The notes below the pieces were generated by a model. The model worked only from the letters and a program-made list of their open reading frames with translations, was not told the DNA's origin and made no database searches. A stretch of 64,000 bases of DNA from an uncultured Verrucomicrobiae bacterium. Its GTDB lineage: Bacteria > Verrucomicrobiota > Verrucomicrobiia > Chthoniobacterales > UBA10450. How positions within the stretch are numbered: the first letter of the stretch is position 1; every line of letters begins with the position of its first letter. The position numbers were made by a program, and so were the translations under genes. Shown here one piece after another: positions 49,185 to 59,765 of the stretch. The DNA lies in contig CAWDGJ010000007.1 in NCBI GenBank assembly GCA_963801815.1, forward strand, positions 192,001 through 256,000. The letters run 5' to 3'.

Positions 49185-50323
49185 GATCTCGCGGCCTCGG
49201 CCCGCGCCCACTGATCGGCGGCCAATATCGCATCGAGATCGGGATGTGCAACGGTGCTATGCCTGTCCATCACCTTCTCAACGGTCTGCCAAATTTGGGG
49301 GAACCGCAGCTGACGGTTCAAGAAGGCCGCGACCGCTACTTCGTTGGCCGCGTTCATCACCGCCGGCAGCGTTCCCCCAGTTTCACCGGCGCGGCGCGCG
49401 AGATTGAGCGCCGGGAAATCGCTGTAACGGGGAATTTCGAACTCCAGTCTGCCCAGGGTCGAGAAATCGAGCGGCGGCAACGTGTTCGGCACCCGGTCCG
49501 GCCAGGTCACAGCGTACTGGATGGGAAAGCACATGTTTGAGTAACTTAACTGGGCCAGCGTTGAGCCGTCCGCGAATTCGACCATCGAATGCACGATGCT
49601 TTGGGGATGGATTACCACTTCGACGCGATCCATCGGAACACCGAACAGCCAGTGCGCCTCGATCATTTCAAGGCCTTTATTGAACAGCGTCGCAGAATCG
49701 ATGGTGATTTTCGGCCCCATGTTCCAGGTCGGATGTTTCAGCGCTTGTTCCACCGTAACGCTGCCCAATTCGCTCGCGCGCGTTTCTCGAAACGGCCCGC
49801 CCGACGCCGTAAGAATAATGCGACGGACTTCCGACGCCCGGCCGTCAAGACATTGAAAGATCGCGTTGTGCTCGGAATCCACTGGCAAAATCCTTACGCC
49901 GCGCCTCTGCGCCGCCTGGGTCACGGCTTCACCCGCCATCACCAAAATCTCCTTGCTCGCGACCGCCAAATCTTTTCCGGTTTCAATCGCATCGAGCGCC
50001 GGATGCAACCCTGCCGTGCCGACGATCGCAATGAGCACCATGTCCGCGTTCTCGAGCTTGGCGATTTCACAAAGCCCGCTTTCGCCAACCAGGATTCGCG
50101 GCTCGTACTCCAGTTTCGATCGCAGGATATCGATCTTGCGATCATCCACCAGACAAACCGCCGGCGCGCGCGTCTTGTTCGCGGCGGCCGCGAGTTTCTC
50201 CGCGTTGCTGTTCGCCGCCACGCCGACAATCTCCATTCGCTCCGGAATGTCGTGCGCCACTTTGAGTGTGCTATCGCCGATCGAGCCGGTCGCGCCCAGT
50301 AATACGACGCGTTTACGTTTCAT
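49172..50323 (-). CDS. dxr: 1-deoxy-D-xylulose-5-phosphate reductoisomerase
   Basis: LGATGSIG, LPVDSEHNA, LTASGGPF, HPTWNMGPKITIDSATL.NKGLE and NAANE. Confidence 0.98.
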   Translation of the reverse strand: MKRKRVVLLGATGSIGDSTLKVAHDIPERMEIVGVAANSNAEKLAAAANKTRAPAVCLVDDRKIDILRSKLEYEPRILVGESGLCEIAKLENADMVLIAIVGTAGLHPALDAIETGKDLAVASKEILVMAGEAVTQAAQRRGVRILPVDSEHNAIFQCLDGRASEVRRIILTASGGPFRETRASELGSVTVEQALKHPTWNMGPKITIDSATLFNKGLEMIEAHWLFGVPMDRVEVVIHPQSIVHSMVEFADGSTLAQLSYSNMCFPIQYAVTWPDRVPNTLPPLDFSTLGRLEFEIPRYSDFPALNLARRAGETGGTLPAVMNAANEVAVAAFLNRQLRFPQIWQTVEKVMDRHSTVAHPDLDAILAADQWARAEAARSVKS

Positions 50324-50427
50324 TTTTTCCTCACACTACGGGCGCAAAGGTTCACCAAGATCCACAAAAAATCATCGGGTAATCGCTGGGAACGTCATTC
50401 TCCTTGGTCTCCTTTGTGTGAGCTACC

Positions 50428-51343
50428 TCACGGCACGCGAATGACCAGGCGAAGGTAGAAAAACAAGAGCGGCGCAGTGAAGAGCAGACTGTCGATTAGA
50501 TCCAGCGCGCCACCGATTCCCGGAAGCAGGCCGCCTGAATCTTTCACTCCCGTGCTGCGTTTCACAATCGATTCCGCCAGATCGCCAATGACTGCGGCGA
50601 ATCCGAGCAACAAACCGAGCACGGTCGCGTGCGTCCAGCTCAGCATCGACAGGTGACCCGGCATCAATTTGAACAAGCCGAGACTGCAAAGGAGCGCGAG
50701 CCCCAGCGCGCCGAAAAATCCTTCCCAGGTTTTTTTAGCGCTGATGTGCGGGCTCATGAGATGCCGGCCGATAACGCTGCCGGTCAGGTAAGCGCCCATG
50801 TCGCTGAACTTAGTGACCGCAATCAGATACAGAACATAGAATTGTCCGGTCACGATCCCGTTGGCCGAGCGCGGCGTCAGGTAAAGGATTTTCGTGATGA
50901 AATTAAAAAGCCAGAGAACGTAGAGCAGACCGAATAAAGTGTAAGCCATCGTCCGCAACGGCTCGTCATGACGAAGCCCGGCGAACATTTGCCGCGTGAA
51001 CACCGTGAGCAGAAAAGAAAAGCAAAACCGCGAGTTCGAAATCGTAGGACTGGGTAGGGCCAACCTTGGAGAAATAATAAAAACTGCCCACCAGCATGAT
51101 CGCGCCGCAAATCAGTCCGGTGATCTTGAAATTCGGTAGCGCTGCGTGATCGAGCATTCGATAAAATTCCCAGAGCGCGATCAGTCCAAACAAGCTGATC
51201 AAAAACCAAAACAAGATTTCGTAGCCCGTGAAAGCGATCGCGAGCGCGATCGACCAAAGCATTACCGTGCTGATAAAGCGCAGAACAAACACGGAGCGCG
51301 GCTTCGTGGTGTCCAATGCAGCTTGCTCAACCGTCACAGGCAT
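50428..51343 (-). CDS. cdsA: phosphatidate cytidylyltransferase, one indel near 51015
   Basis: SDMGAY..G...G.H.M.P.ISAKKTWEG and GDLAES.VKR..GVKDSG.LLPG.GGALD.IDS, in the cdsA-dxr-rseP order. Confidence 0.92.
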
Positions 51344-51502
51344 GAGCGCTCATCTTCCGAAAGGAAGTGGCGCCACGCAAGACTTGTCCTGATTGTCGAT
51401 CCAGACTTTTCAGGGGGAAGACCCGGATTCAAGGCTCAACAGATCGGCAATCGTTTCTCCTTCCTGCTTTCCTAGTTTCCTGATTAGCCTTAATTTTAGG
51501 TC

Positions 51503-52546
51503 GTGCAGAAGACGATGAAAGCCGTCGTAAAAGCCAAAGCTGAGCCCGGCCTTTGGCTGCAGGAAGTGCCTATTCCCAAAGCCAAGGACGAGGACGTCCT
51601 GATCCGCATCCTAAAGACCTCCATCTGCGGAACGGACGTACATATATACAACTGGGACGCCTGGGCCCAGAAGACCATCCCAGTTCCGATGACCATCGGT
51701 CACGAGTTTGTTGGTGTGGTCGATCAGGTGGGCGATCACGTGAAAGGTTTTGTTAAAGGCGACCTGGTCGTGGGCGAAGGTCACATTACGTGCGGCCATT
51801 GCCGGAATTGTCTCGCCGGCCGGCGCCATCTTTGCCCGAACACTCAAGGCGTTGGCATAAATCGTCCCGGCGCATTCGCCGAGTTCGTGGCAATTCCGCA
51901 ATCGAATTGCTGGCATGCCGACCCTTCAATTCCACTCGATGTCCTTTCCTGCTTCGATCCAATGGGCAACGCGGTCCATACCGCGCTCTCGTTCGATCTG
52001 GTCGGCGAAGACGTTCTCATTACCGGCGCCGGCCCGATCGGTTGCATGGCTATCCCGATTTGCAAACACGCCGGCGCGCGTCACGTCGTTATTACCGATG
52101 TGAATCCTTATCGGCTAGAGCTCGCCTGGAAGATGAAGGCCGATCTTGCGCTCAACGTGCGCACACAAAAGCTCACCGACGCGATGAGACAACTCGGCAT
52201 GAAAGAAGGGTTCGACGTCGCGCTGGAGATGTCCGGCAATCCGAAAGCCTTCGACGACATTTTGCCGAACATGTTTCACGGCGGCAAAATCGCCTTGTTA
52301 GGCATCATGCCCGGCACCGCTGCAATCGATTGGAACACGATTGTGTTCGATCAATTGACAATCAAAGGAATCTATGGCCGCGAATTGTACGAAACCTGGT
52401 ACAAGACGACCGCGCTCATCAAAGGGGGCGTGGATATTCGACCGCTCATCACCCACCACTTCCCTTACGCAGAATTCAAGGAAGCGATCGAGCTGATGAA
52501 ATCCGGCAACTCCGGAAAAATTGTCCTCACCTGGAGCGAGCTTTAA
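51503..52546 (+). CDS. tdh: L-threonine 3-dehydrogenase
   Basis: [46 protein letters not shown] and IKGIYGR. Confidence 0.97.
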   Translation: MQKTMKAVVKAKAEPGLWLQEVPIPKAKDEDVLIRILKTSICGTDVHIYNWDAWAQKTIPVPMTIGHEFVGVVDQVGDHVKGFVKGDLVVGEGHITCGHCRNCLAGRRHLCPNTQGVGINRPGAFAEFVAIPQSNCWHADPSIPLDVLSCFDPMGNAVHTALSFDLVGEDVLITGAGPIGCMAIPICKHAGARHVVITDVNPYRLELAWKMKADLALNVRTQKLTDAMRQLGMKEGFDVALEMSGNPKAFDDILPNMFHGGKIALLGIMPGTAAIDWNTIVFDQLTIKGIYGRELYETWYKTTALIKGGVDIRPLITHHFPYAEFKEAIELMKSGNSGKIVLTWSEL

Positions 52547-52550
52547 GAGA

Positions 52551-52567
52551 ACCGCGGATTACGCGGA
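52551..52567. repeat. dispersed short repeat, copy A (CCGCGGATTACGCGGA)
   Basis: An identical 16-mer occurs at 60745-60760. Confidence 0.7.
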
Positions 52568-52643
52568 AATGAGCGTCGAATTGGGTCGTACAAGAATCCG
52601 GCGCCGCGGAAAAGCGTTTTTCGGGTAGCCGAAAAGGCGTGGT

Positions 52644-53456
52644 CTATTGCACCGCGGCGGCTTCCTGCTCCCGGCCTTCGAGTTCAAGCACCATGCGTTT
52701 GATGTGCTTGTAGTCCTGATGCCCGCGCAAGAACTGCAAACTTTCCTGCGGATCGCCCCAGCGCAAAACCTGGATCGGTTCCTGGCGCGCTCCCCACGAG
52801 TTCATGTCACGCTGATTGGCCATGTAGAGATCGATCGTGTTCCGGCCGCTCAACGCCCAACCATAGTCTTCGACCCGGTACATTTGTCCGGTCGATAACA
52901 GACGAAACGTCGTTCCCATCGGCCAGCGCGACCAATCAGCTGCTGCACTTCCAATTCGAGGCGGAGATTTGCTAACGGCCGCGGCGCGCTTCGCCCCGCG
53001 GGTCGTCGTTGCTGTCGTCTTCGTGACGCGCGTCGTTGTCACCGTTGTCGTAACGCGTGTCGGTTTCTTCGATTTATCCATGGAGAACGGCTGGAGTTTC
53101 GCGTCGCCGCTCGAAATGTTGATTACATCGGTATCGTCGCTGTCTGAGATCGCGCGCGCTTGCCGGACATTTTCCGCGCGATGAATTGCCGGACTGGCCG
53201 CGTGCAATTCGCCGCCGAGAGCGTTGTGATTAGTGAACGCGCGATGATCAGCCTCGGTGTGGGTGTAAGCGGTGGTCCGAACGTGTTGAAATTCCGACTT
53301 TGCAATCGGTGGTTCGTAAGCCGGAAGCGCTCGCGCGGTGCCACCGGTTTCGCAACCGCTGAGGAGAATGATTGCGACGAAGGCCGCGAGAACGGCCAGG
53401 GCGAGGCTGCGAAGTTCAGCGTGGGTCAAGGTAGATCGCCGCGAACTTATTAACAC
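52644..53456 (-). CDS. 3D (Asp-Asp-Asp) domain lipoprotein with Thr-rich insertion; start uncertain
   Basis: Lipobox LSGC and VRTTAYT...AAADWSRWPMGT...VEDYG...TIDLY. Confidence 0.85.
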   Translation of the reverse strand: MLISSRRSTLTHAELRSLALAVLAAFVAIILLSGCETGGTARALPAYEPPIAKSEFQHVRTTAYTHTEADHRAFTNHNALGGELHAASPAIHRAENVRQARAISDSDDTDVINISSGDAKLQPFSMDKSKKPTRVTTTVTTTRVTKTTATTTRGAKRAAAVSKSPPRIGSAAADWSRWPMGTTFRLLSTGQMYRVEDYGWALSGRNTIDLYMANQRDMNSWGARQEPIQVLRWGDPQESLQFLRGHQDYKHIKRMVLELEGREQEAAAVQ

Positions 53457-53538
53457 TTATTCACAGCCTCGCAACTCTCTTTTTTTCCGAGAATAAACCT
53501 CGTTTTGCATCGGCCGCGCTTTCATTGAAACTATTTTC

Positions 53539-54720
53539 ATGCTCGCCGAATTCGAAAAGCAGCTTTCACAAACGCTCGAGGAAATAAAGTCGCAGGGCCT
53601 TTACAAAACCGAGCGCATCATCACCACGCCGCAGGACGCTCACATCAAGGTCGCCGGCGGCCAGGAAGTGCTCAACATGTGCGCGAACAATTACCTCGGA
53701 CTCGCTGATCATCCTGAGTTGATCAAGGCCGCGAAAAAGGCACTCGACGATCACGGCCTTGGCATGGCCAGCGTGCGTTTCATTTGCGGAACGCAGGACA
53801 TTCACAAGGAACTCGAAGCCGCGCTGACGAAGTTTCTCGGCACCGAAGAAACGATCCTTTATCCAAGCGCATTCGACGCGAACGGCGGACTCTTCGAAAC
53901 AATCCTCACCGAGAAGGACGCGGTGATCAGTGACGAGCTAAATCACGCATCCATCATCGACGGAATCCGCCTCTGCAAGGCGCAACGCTTTCGTTACAAG
54001 CACAACGACATGGCGGATCTCGAAGCGAAACTCAAAGAAGCGAGTGGCGCGCGGTTCAAGCTGATCGCCACCGACGGATGCTTCTCGATGGACGGAACTA
54101 TCGCCGACTTGAAATCAATCGTCGATCTCGCGCAAAAACATGACGCGCTCACTATGATCGATGATGCGCACGCGACCGGATTTCTCGGGCCGCGCGGTCG
54201 CGGAACGCACGAGTACCGCGATGTGATGGGCAAGATCGACATCATCACCGGAACGCTGGGCAAGGCGCTGGGTGGCGCTAGCGGCGGTTTCACCAGTGGG
54301 CGCAAAGAGATTGTCGATCTTCTGCGGCAACGTTCGCGACCATATTTGTTTTCCAACAGCGTCGCGCCGCCAATCGTGGCCGCAGTTTTGAAGGCGTTGG
54401 AGATCCTCACCAAATCGACGGAGCTGCGCGACAAGCTCGAAGCGAACACGAAATATTTTCGCGAGGCGGTGACCAAAGCAGGTCTCACTATCAAGCCTGG
54501 CGTCCATCCGATTGTTCCGATCATGATTGGCGACGCCGGCAAATCGCAGAAGTTCGCAGCGCGCATGCTCGAGAAAGGCGTTTACGTGATTGGCTTTTTC
54601 TATCCGGTGGTGCCACACGGGACGGCGCGCGTGCGCGTGCAGGTGAGTGCGGCACATTCGCGTCAAGATTTGGAATTCGCAGTCAAGACGTTCGCGGAGA
54701 CGAACGAAGAACTCAAATAA
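53539..54720 (+). CDS. kbl: 2-amino-3-ketobutyrate CoA ligase (glycine C-acetyltransferase)
   Basis: [45 protein letters not shown] and [11 protein letters not shown]. Confidence 0.97.
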   Translation: MLAEFEKQLSQTLEEIKSQGLYKTERIITTPQDAHIKVAGGQEVLNMCANNYLGLADHPELIKAAKKALDDHGLGMASVRFICGTQDIHKELEAALTKFLGTEETILYPSAFDANGGLFETILTEKDAVISDELNHASIIDGIRLCKAQRFRYKHNDMADLEAKLKEASGARFKLIATDGCFSMDGTIADLKSIVDLAQKHDALTMIDDAHATGFLGPRGRGTHEYRDVMGKIDIITGTLGKALGGASGGFTSGRKEIVDLLRQRSRPYLFSNSVAPPIVAAVLKALEILTKSTELRDKLEANTKYFREAVTKAGLTIKPGVHPIVPIMIGDAGKSQKFAARMLEKGVYVIGFFYPVVPHGTARVRVQVSAAHSRQDLEFAVKTFAETNEELK

Positions 54721-54722
54721 AT

Positions 54723-54745
54723 GTAGAGGCGGCCGTGTCGGCTGC
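54723..54745 (+). repeat. GTAG-type REP-like palindrome
   Basis: GTAG-AG-GCGGCCG-TGT-CGGCTGC directly after the kbl stop. Confidence 0.45.
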
Positions 54746-54750
54746 GAAAA

Positions 54751-55268
54751 TGATGGAGGTCAAGCTCACACGCTGCACGATTCGCGATTGGCGTCTCGAC
54801 GATGCCGGGTCGCTGGCGAAACATGCCAACAACCGTCGCGTCTGGCTGACGTTGCGTGACCGGTTTCCGCATCCCTACACGATCGAGGACGCGAGAAATT
54901 TCTTAGAACGGGCAACAACTCAGAAGGGACCTGAGAGATTCTATTGTATCGAGATCGACGGCTCTGCCGTTGGCGGCATCGGAATAACTCTTGGCGAGGA
55001 TGTTTACCGGCACACCGCCGAGTTCGGCTACTGGCTGGCGGAAGAATTCTGGGGCAAGGGCATCATGACCGAAGCCGTAACTGCGTTCGTGGAACACTGC
55101 TTCGACAATTTTCCACTGAACCGGATTCACGCGAGCGCGTATGCCAATAACCCGGCATCCGCGCGTGTTTTGGAGAAAGCGGACTTCATTTTTGAAGGAC
55201 GATTGCAAAAGAACGTCTTCAAGGACGGCCAAATTCTCGATTCGCTTCTTTACGCGAAGACGAAGTAG
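54751..55268 (+). CDS. GNAT N-acetyltransferase, RimJ/RimL family
   Basis: LRDRFPHPYT, AEFGYWL.EEFWGKGI.TEA and N.ASARVLEKA.F. Confidence 0.92.
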
Positions 55269-55279
55269 AATCGGCCACC

Positions 55280-55549
55280 ATGCATTATTTGGTGATCGAA
55301 CGATTCAAGGACGCGCCGGCGATTTACAAACGGCTGGCCGAAAAAGGGCGCATGATGCCGGAAGGTTTAAATTACGTTTCGAGCTGGATCGATCACACCT
55401 TGAAAACCTGCTGGCAGATAATGGAGACCAGGGATTTCGTATTGCTCGAGCGCTGGATCGATAATTGGAAAGACTTGATGGAGTTCGAAATCATTCCGGT
55501 GCGGACATCCGCCGAAGTGCGCGAGATTATGACATCGGAGGCGAGTTAG
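55280..55549 (+). CDS. DUF3303-like small protein
   Basis: Y.VIERFK, GRMMPEGL.Y..SW, C.QIME and W.DL.EFEI.PV. Confidence 0.8.
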   Translation: MHYLVIERFKDAPAIYKRLAEKGRMMPEGLNYVSSWIDHTLKTCWQIMETRDFVLLERWIDNWKDLMEFEIIPVRTSAEVREIMTSEAS

Positions 55550-55550
55550 T

Positions 55551-55988
55551 ATGGCAGAACAAACGGAACCACACGTGACCGTTCGCGGTACGGCCGCGAA
55601 CTTCGCGCAGAAAATTCAAATTGGGTCGCATTATCTGACCGCTGACGAACCGCTTTCGTTTGGCGGTACCGATACCGGGTCTTCGCCCTACGATCTTTTA
55701 CTGGCCGCGCTTGGCTCCTGCACGTCGATGACGATCGGTCTCTACGCCCGAAAACGCGGTTGGCCGCTCGAAAACATCACTGTCTCGCTCCGACACTCGA
55801 AGATTCACGCACGCGATTGCGAGGAATGTGAAACCAAAGAGGGACGGATCGACAGAATCGAGATGGAAATTCACCTGGATGGCGGACTCACGGACGAACA
55901 ACGGGCCAAGCTGATGGAAATCGCGGGGAAATGTCCGGTCCATCAAACGCTGACGTCGGAAATCAATATCAAGACACGCGCGGTTTAA
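55551..55988 (+). CDS. OsmC/Ohr (YhfA-like) family protein
   Basis: ADEP...GG.DTG.SPYDLLLAALGSCTSMT and KCPVHQTL. Confidence 0.93.
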   Translation: MAEQTEPHVTVRGTAANFAQKIQIGSHYLTADEPLSFGGTDTGSSPYDLLLAALGSCTSMTIGLYARKRGWPLENITVSLRHSKIHARDCEECETKEGRIDRIEMEIHLDGGLTDEQRAKLMEIAGKCPVHQTLTSEINIKTRAV

Positions 55989-55991
55989 TTT

Positions 55992-57179
55992 CTATCGTTC
56001 GTGCAATGCAATGCTCGAACCGACCCAGGTCTTGTCTTTGTTGAAGTCGACGCCCATCATTTTCCCCTGACTCATCCGGACCAGGTTGTTGAGCAGGACC
56101 GGCTCGCCGCGTTCCGACCAGACAAACATCATTCGTAATTCCGCTTTTGATTTTGGTCCGTCTACCGTCGGCACGAAGGACGCGTATTCGACCTTCCTTT
56201 GTAAAATCCATTGACGCGCGTCCTTCAGCGCCCCGATTTTTTCGCGGCTCGGTTCCATATCCACGCCGAGACCCGCGAACGAGTAGAGCGGTTTCAAGAC
56301 GTAATTGTCGATGTTTTCGCTCGCGGGAAATTCATCCGCGAAAAACGCGGGCGACGTGTGCTCCGTCTTGATGAACGGCAACGAATGTTTGCTGATCTTG
56401 TAATACCAATTCGGATGCGCAATCCATGCAACATCGAGCTCTTCCTGAAAACTGAAGTCCAACTTCAGGTCCGGCCGGCGCTCCAGTTCGTCGAAGATCA
56501 CGCGATTGTAGATGCGTTCGATACGCGTTTCATGTCCGCCGCGATTGTAAAACAGCTCGCGCCCGCACTTCCTAATCGTAGTCACGCAGACCGACTGGAT
56601 CCCGAGGAGCAGTTCGGTTGCAGCGAAATCGATCCGCGTTTTTTGCTTCTCCGGCTCGATCTCAAGCAAGATCACGTTCTCCGGTTTCGATTTGCCCAAA
56701 ATCGTACGCCGCAATATGTCGATGTATTGCTCGTCCCTGATTCCGCCGAACGATGAGGTCCAGTTTGGCGGAATCGCCGGATACGCTTTGCGCATGCAAC
56801 CAAGCAGCAAAAACTGAAATGCGAACAAACTCGGGAACGCCTGCATCTCGATCAGCCTGGGCGTCAATCGATGGCCTTCTTCACACACGGCCAAATCGAC
56901 AATCAGAAATTCCGGATGCTTGGATTCGTTAGGCACTTCCAGCCCGCGCGGAATTGCGGACGACGAATGTTTCCTGAATTCAGGCGTCAGGGTCCGGGCT
57001 GCGATCTCGTTCGCGGCGTAAACCGCTTCGTCGGTAAACTCGCGGCTGAGAAAGACCGGCGTTTCAGAAATCCGGAAATCCGCCGGCCACTTCGTCGCCT
57101 GATTCACGCACCGCAGCAGGGCCCCGTATTTTTCAGGCGTGAAGTCGGCGTTGAATTTTCTCCGCAGATCCGGGTGCAC
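55992..57179 (-). CDS. putative circularly permuted ATP-grasp / glutathionylspermidine-synthase-like amide ligase
   Basis: VDLA...PRLIEMQAFPS, HPNWYYKISK, YVLKPLYSFAG.GV and ILQRKVEY...ELR. Confidence 0.65.
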   Translation of the reverse strand: MHPDLRRKFNADFTPEKYGALLRCVNQATKWPADFRISETPVFLSREFTDEAVYAANEIAARTLTPEFRKHSSSAIPRGLEVPNESKHPEFLIVDLAVCEEGHRLTPRLIEMQAFPSLFAFQFLLLGCMRKAYPAIPPNWTSSFGGIRDEQYIDILRRTILGKSKPENVILLEIEPEKQKTRIDFAATELLLGIQSVCVTTIRKCGRELFYNRGGHETRIERIYNRVIFDELERRPDLKLDFSFQEELDVAWIAHPNWYYKISKHSLPFIKTEHTSPAFFADEFPASENIDNYVLKPLYSFAGLGVDMEPSREKIGALKDARQWILQRKVEYASFVPTVDGPKSKAELRMMFVWSERGEPVLLNNLVRMSQGKMMGVDFNKDKTWVGSSIALHER

Positions 57180-57181
57180 TT

Positions 57182-57478
57182 TTAAAAGAATGCACGAAGC
57201 GCCGATAACCACAAAGTCGCGGCGCAGCCAATTCCAACGACCGGTGCCCAGGTCGATTGGGGCAGAATCAAAGTCGTTGCGACCGGCAATACGCACATTG
57301 CGCCGCCGACCCACCAGAAGTCATTCGATTGGAGCGCGGGCACCAGTCCAAAAAAATGAGCGCCCACAATCAACGCGATTACCGGAATGACGAATTGCTT
57401 CGCTCCGACTCGCTTGAGCAAGACTACGGCGATCAAAACTGCAAAACACGCGACGATAATCGCGCCGATCGAATTCAC
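57182..57478 (-). CDS. small hypothetical membrane protein
   Basis: 98 aa and very hydrophobic. It overlaps the aminopeptidase stop (GTGA) and ends 2 bp before the next start. Confidence 0.6.
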   Translation of the reverse strand: MNSIGAIIVACFAVLIAVVLLKRVGAKQFVIPVIALIVGAHFFGLVPALQSNDFWWVGGAMCVLPVATTLILPQSTWAPVVGIGCAATLWLSALRAFF

Positions 57479-58494
57479 ACCAGGAATTTGCCGGCGCGCA
57501 TGATCTGATCGTCATCGAACCAGATGTCGAAATCGCGGCCGACGCAGTCGATGTGCGTTTTCGATTTCCAATCGGCACCGGTGTGCTCGGAATAAGGATG
57601 GCCGAACGCGACGTGGATGCCGGGAATTTTTTCGTCCTGTAAAATGTTTCCGATCACGTGGGTGCAGGCGGTATTTGTGCCGATGGCAAACTCGCCGACA
57701 CGGTCACTGTTTTCGTCCGTGCTGGTGTAAGCGCGGAAGTCCTCGAGCAACTCCTTGTTGTCGCAGCGAAGATCAGTGATGCGGTTATCGCGCACTTCAA
57801 TGGTCAGCGGTGTCTCCTGAAGATCGCCGTACTTGGCGCAGAGATAATCACCGACCACGCCGTCCACGACGAAGGTGCCGTTGGTGTTCATCGGTGAAGT
57901 GAAAATTTCGCCGCCGGGAAGGTTTCCCCATTTTTCCGGCGTGATAATCCCGCTGGTCTTCAACCATTTCAGCTTCGGCGAAAATTCTCCGATGAAATTC
58001 GTGCCGTGCGCTGTGCGGCAGGTGATGCGGCCGGTGTGACGCGCCCATTCGACTAAACGCTGGCTCAAAGCGTCGACGTCCTGAAAATCTGCGCGCATTC
58101 CTTCGCACATGATTTGCGGCGTAATGTTGACCATGTGACCATGACGAATGTGGTGCTTGTTCACCACGTCGGTCATTTGCGAGCGAGCGCTCAATTCGCC
58201 GCGTTGCGACTGCGCACAAAAAATCGACACCTGTGACTGCGCGAGATCTTCGAGGATCGGCTTCGGCATGTTCAGCGACGGGCGCTCGTCGTAATCTTCC
58301 CAAACGAACACAGCGTATTCGGACCCGATCTCCTCTACTTCCGCCTGCAACGCCGCCGCGATCTCGCGCGTCTCTTCGTCAGTAATAATGGTGATTCGTT
58401 CGCCCGGTTGGAGGCGAAGACAAACGCGAACGGCGTTGCGCGCACCGGGAGCGAGCTCGGCGTTAATTGCATCGATGGTCAAACGGTCAGGCAT
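57475..58494 (-). CDS. M29-like (thermophilic metalloprotease) aminopeptidase
   Basis: NLPGGEIFTSP, VGEFAIGTN, QDEKI.G.H.AFG and SKTHID. Confidence 0.9.
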   Translation of the reverse strand: MPDRLTIDAINAELAPGARNAVRVCLRLQPGERITIITDEETREIAAALQAEVEEIGSEYAVFVWEDYDERPSLNMPKPILEDLAQSQVSIFCAQSQRGELSARSQMTDVVNKHHIRHGHMVNITPQIMCEGMRADFQDVDALSQRLVEWARHTGRITCRTAHGTNFIGEFSPKLKWLKTSGIITPEKWGNLPGGEIFTSPMNTNGTFVVDGVVGDYLCAKYGDLQETPLTIEVRDNRITDLRCDNKELLEDFRAYTSTDENSDRVGEFAIGTNTACTHVIGNILQDEKIPGIHVAFGHPYSEHTGADWKSKTHIDCVGRDFDIWFDDDQIMRAGKFLV

Positions 58495-58528
58495 TGTTGA
58501 TTCAGAATGACGTGAAAACTTCCGTTTG

Positions 58529-59650
58529 TCATCCACTCGCTGCCAAACCTTCATAAGTTTCGGCAACAATCTGATCGACAACGGCTTTCATGTCCTGAGT
58601 GCGGGCGAACGTCGTCAATTGCCGGTCCGCGCCGGTGCCCTCGCGCATGATGCGTTCGATATGCGCCATTTCGCGCTGACTGCCAAGCTCGTTCACTTCA
58701 GTGGCGACGAACTCGAGTAGTTCGTTGAGCAGGCTGCGCGTCTCCACTTCGGTTTCGCGTCCAAAATCGATCAGCTTTCCATCGATCCCGTAACGTGTCG
58801 CGCGCCACCGATTTTCATCGAGCAAGCGGCGTCGATAAACTCGAAAGGTAGTGTTTCGGCGAAGGAGCTTAAACAGTTTCGAAATGATCGCCTGAATCAG
58901 CGCCGCGATCGCGAGCGTGTCGTCCACCCGAGATTGGGCATCGCACACCCGCACTTCAAGCGTGTCGAAAAATGGATGCAGCCGAATGTCCCACCAGATT
59001 TTCTTTGGATTGTCGATGCAGCCGGTTTTGACCAGCAGCTTGCAATAATCCTCATACTCCGAGAGCGATTCGAACGCGTCCGGAATGCCGGTGCGGGGAA
59101 AACGCTCGAACACTTTTAGTCGATAACCCTTCAATCCCGTGTCGCGTCCCACCCAGAATGGTGAATTGACCGAGAGTGCATAGATGTGCGGCAAAAAATA
59201 GCGCGTCTGGTTCATCACATGGATCGCCGCCTCGCGGTTCGGAATGCCGACGTGCACGTGCAATCCGAAAATCAGGTTGGCCCGCGCCAGGGTTTGCATG
59301 TCACGCAAGATCTGCTCGTAACGTTCGCCTTCGGTGATCAGCTGGTCGCGCCAGTGCGAAAACGGATGCGTCCCGACCGATGCGATCTTTAGTCCTCTCT
59401 CCCCCGCCAGCTTCGCCAGTTTACTGCGAAGATCGACCACATGTTCGCGGGCACATTCGATGTCGGCGCAGATTTCAGTGCCGAGCTCGACCACGGATTG
59501 GTGCATCTCGGGTTTGATCTGCTCTTTGAGCAAGACTTTGCCGCCTTCGAGAATTTCCTGAATGTGGGATCGAAGCTCGCGAGTCGCGGGATCGACAATG
59601 GCGAATTCCTCCTCGATTCCGAGCGTGTAGGTGTGCTGCTTATCGGCCAT
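58529..59650 (-). CDS. carboxylate-amine ligase, YbdK/GCS2 family
   Basis: TLGIEEEF, GTHPF, FGLHVHVG, ALSVNSPFW and IWWDIR.HP.F.TLEVRVCD. Confidence 0.93.
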   Translation of the reverse strand: MADKQHTYTLGIEEEFAIVDPATRELRSHIQEILEGGKVLLKEQIKPEMHQSVVELGTEICADIECAREHVVDLRSKLAKLAGERGLKIASVGTHPFSHWRDQLITEGERYEQILRDMQTLARANLIFGLHVHVGIPNREAAIHVMNQTRYFLPHIYALSVNSPFWVGRDTGLKGYRLKVFERFPRTGIPDAFESLSEYEDYCKLLVKTGCIDNPKKIWWDIRLHPFFDTLEVRVCDAQSRVDDTLAIAALIQAIISKLFKLLRRNTTFRVYRRRLLDENRWRATRYGIDGKLIDFGRETEVETRSLLNELLEFVATEVNELGSQREMAHIERIMREGTGADRQLTTFARTQDMKAVVDQIVAETYEGLAASG

Positions 59651-59765
59651 TCGAATGACAAATCTCCGACAAAAACATCAAGATGTCATCCGCCGGGCTA
59701 CGGGGTTGATTTACTGGATCTCGATGTCGCCGCTCTCCCGCGATGGCATCCGCGTACCACTGTCG

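Noticed and set aside
50428..51343. cdsA as a pseudogene or programmed frameshift
   Set aside because: It is a normally essential gene with intact motifs, and the break lies in a T-rich run among many similar indels. Sequencing error is most likely.
59651..59765. Possible structured RNA between the ATP-grasp and GCS2 genes
   Set aside because: Only short inverted matches (atgaca/tgtcat) are present, with no recognisable riboswitch consensus.
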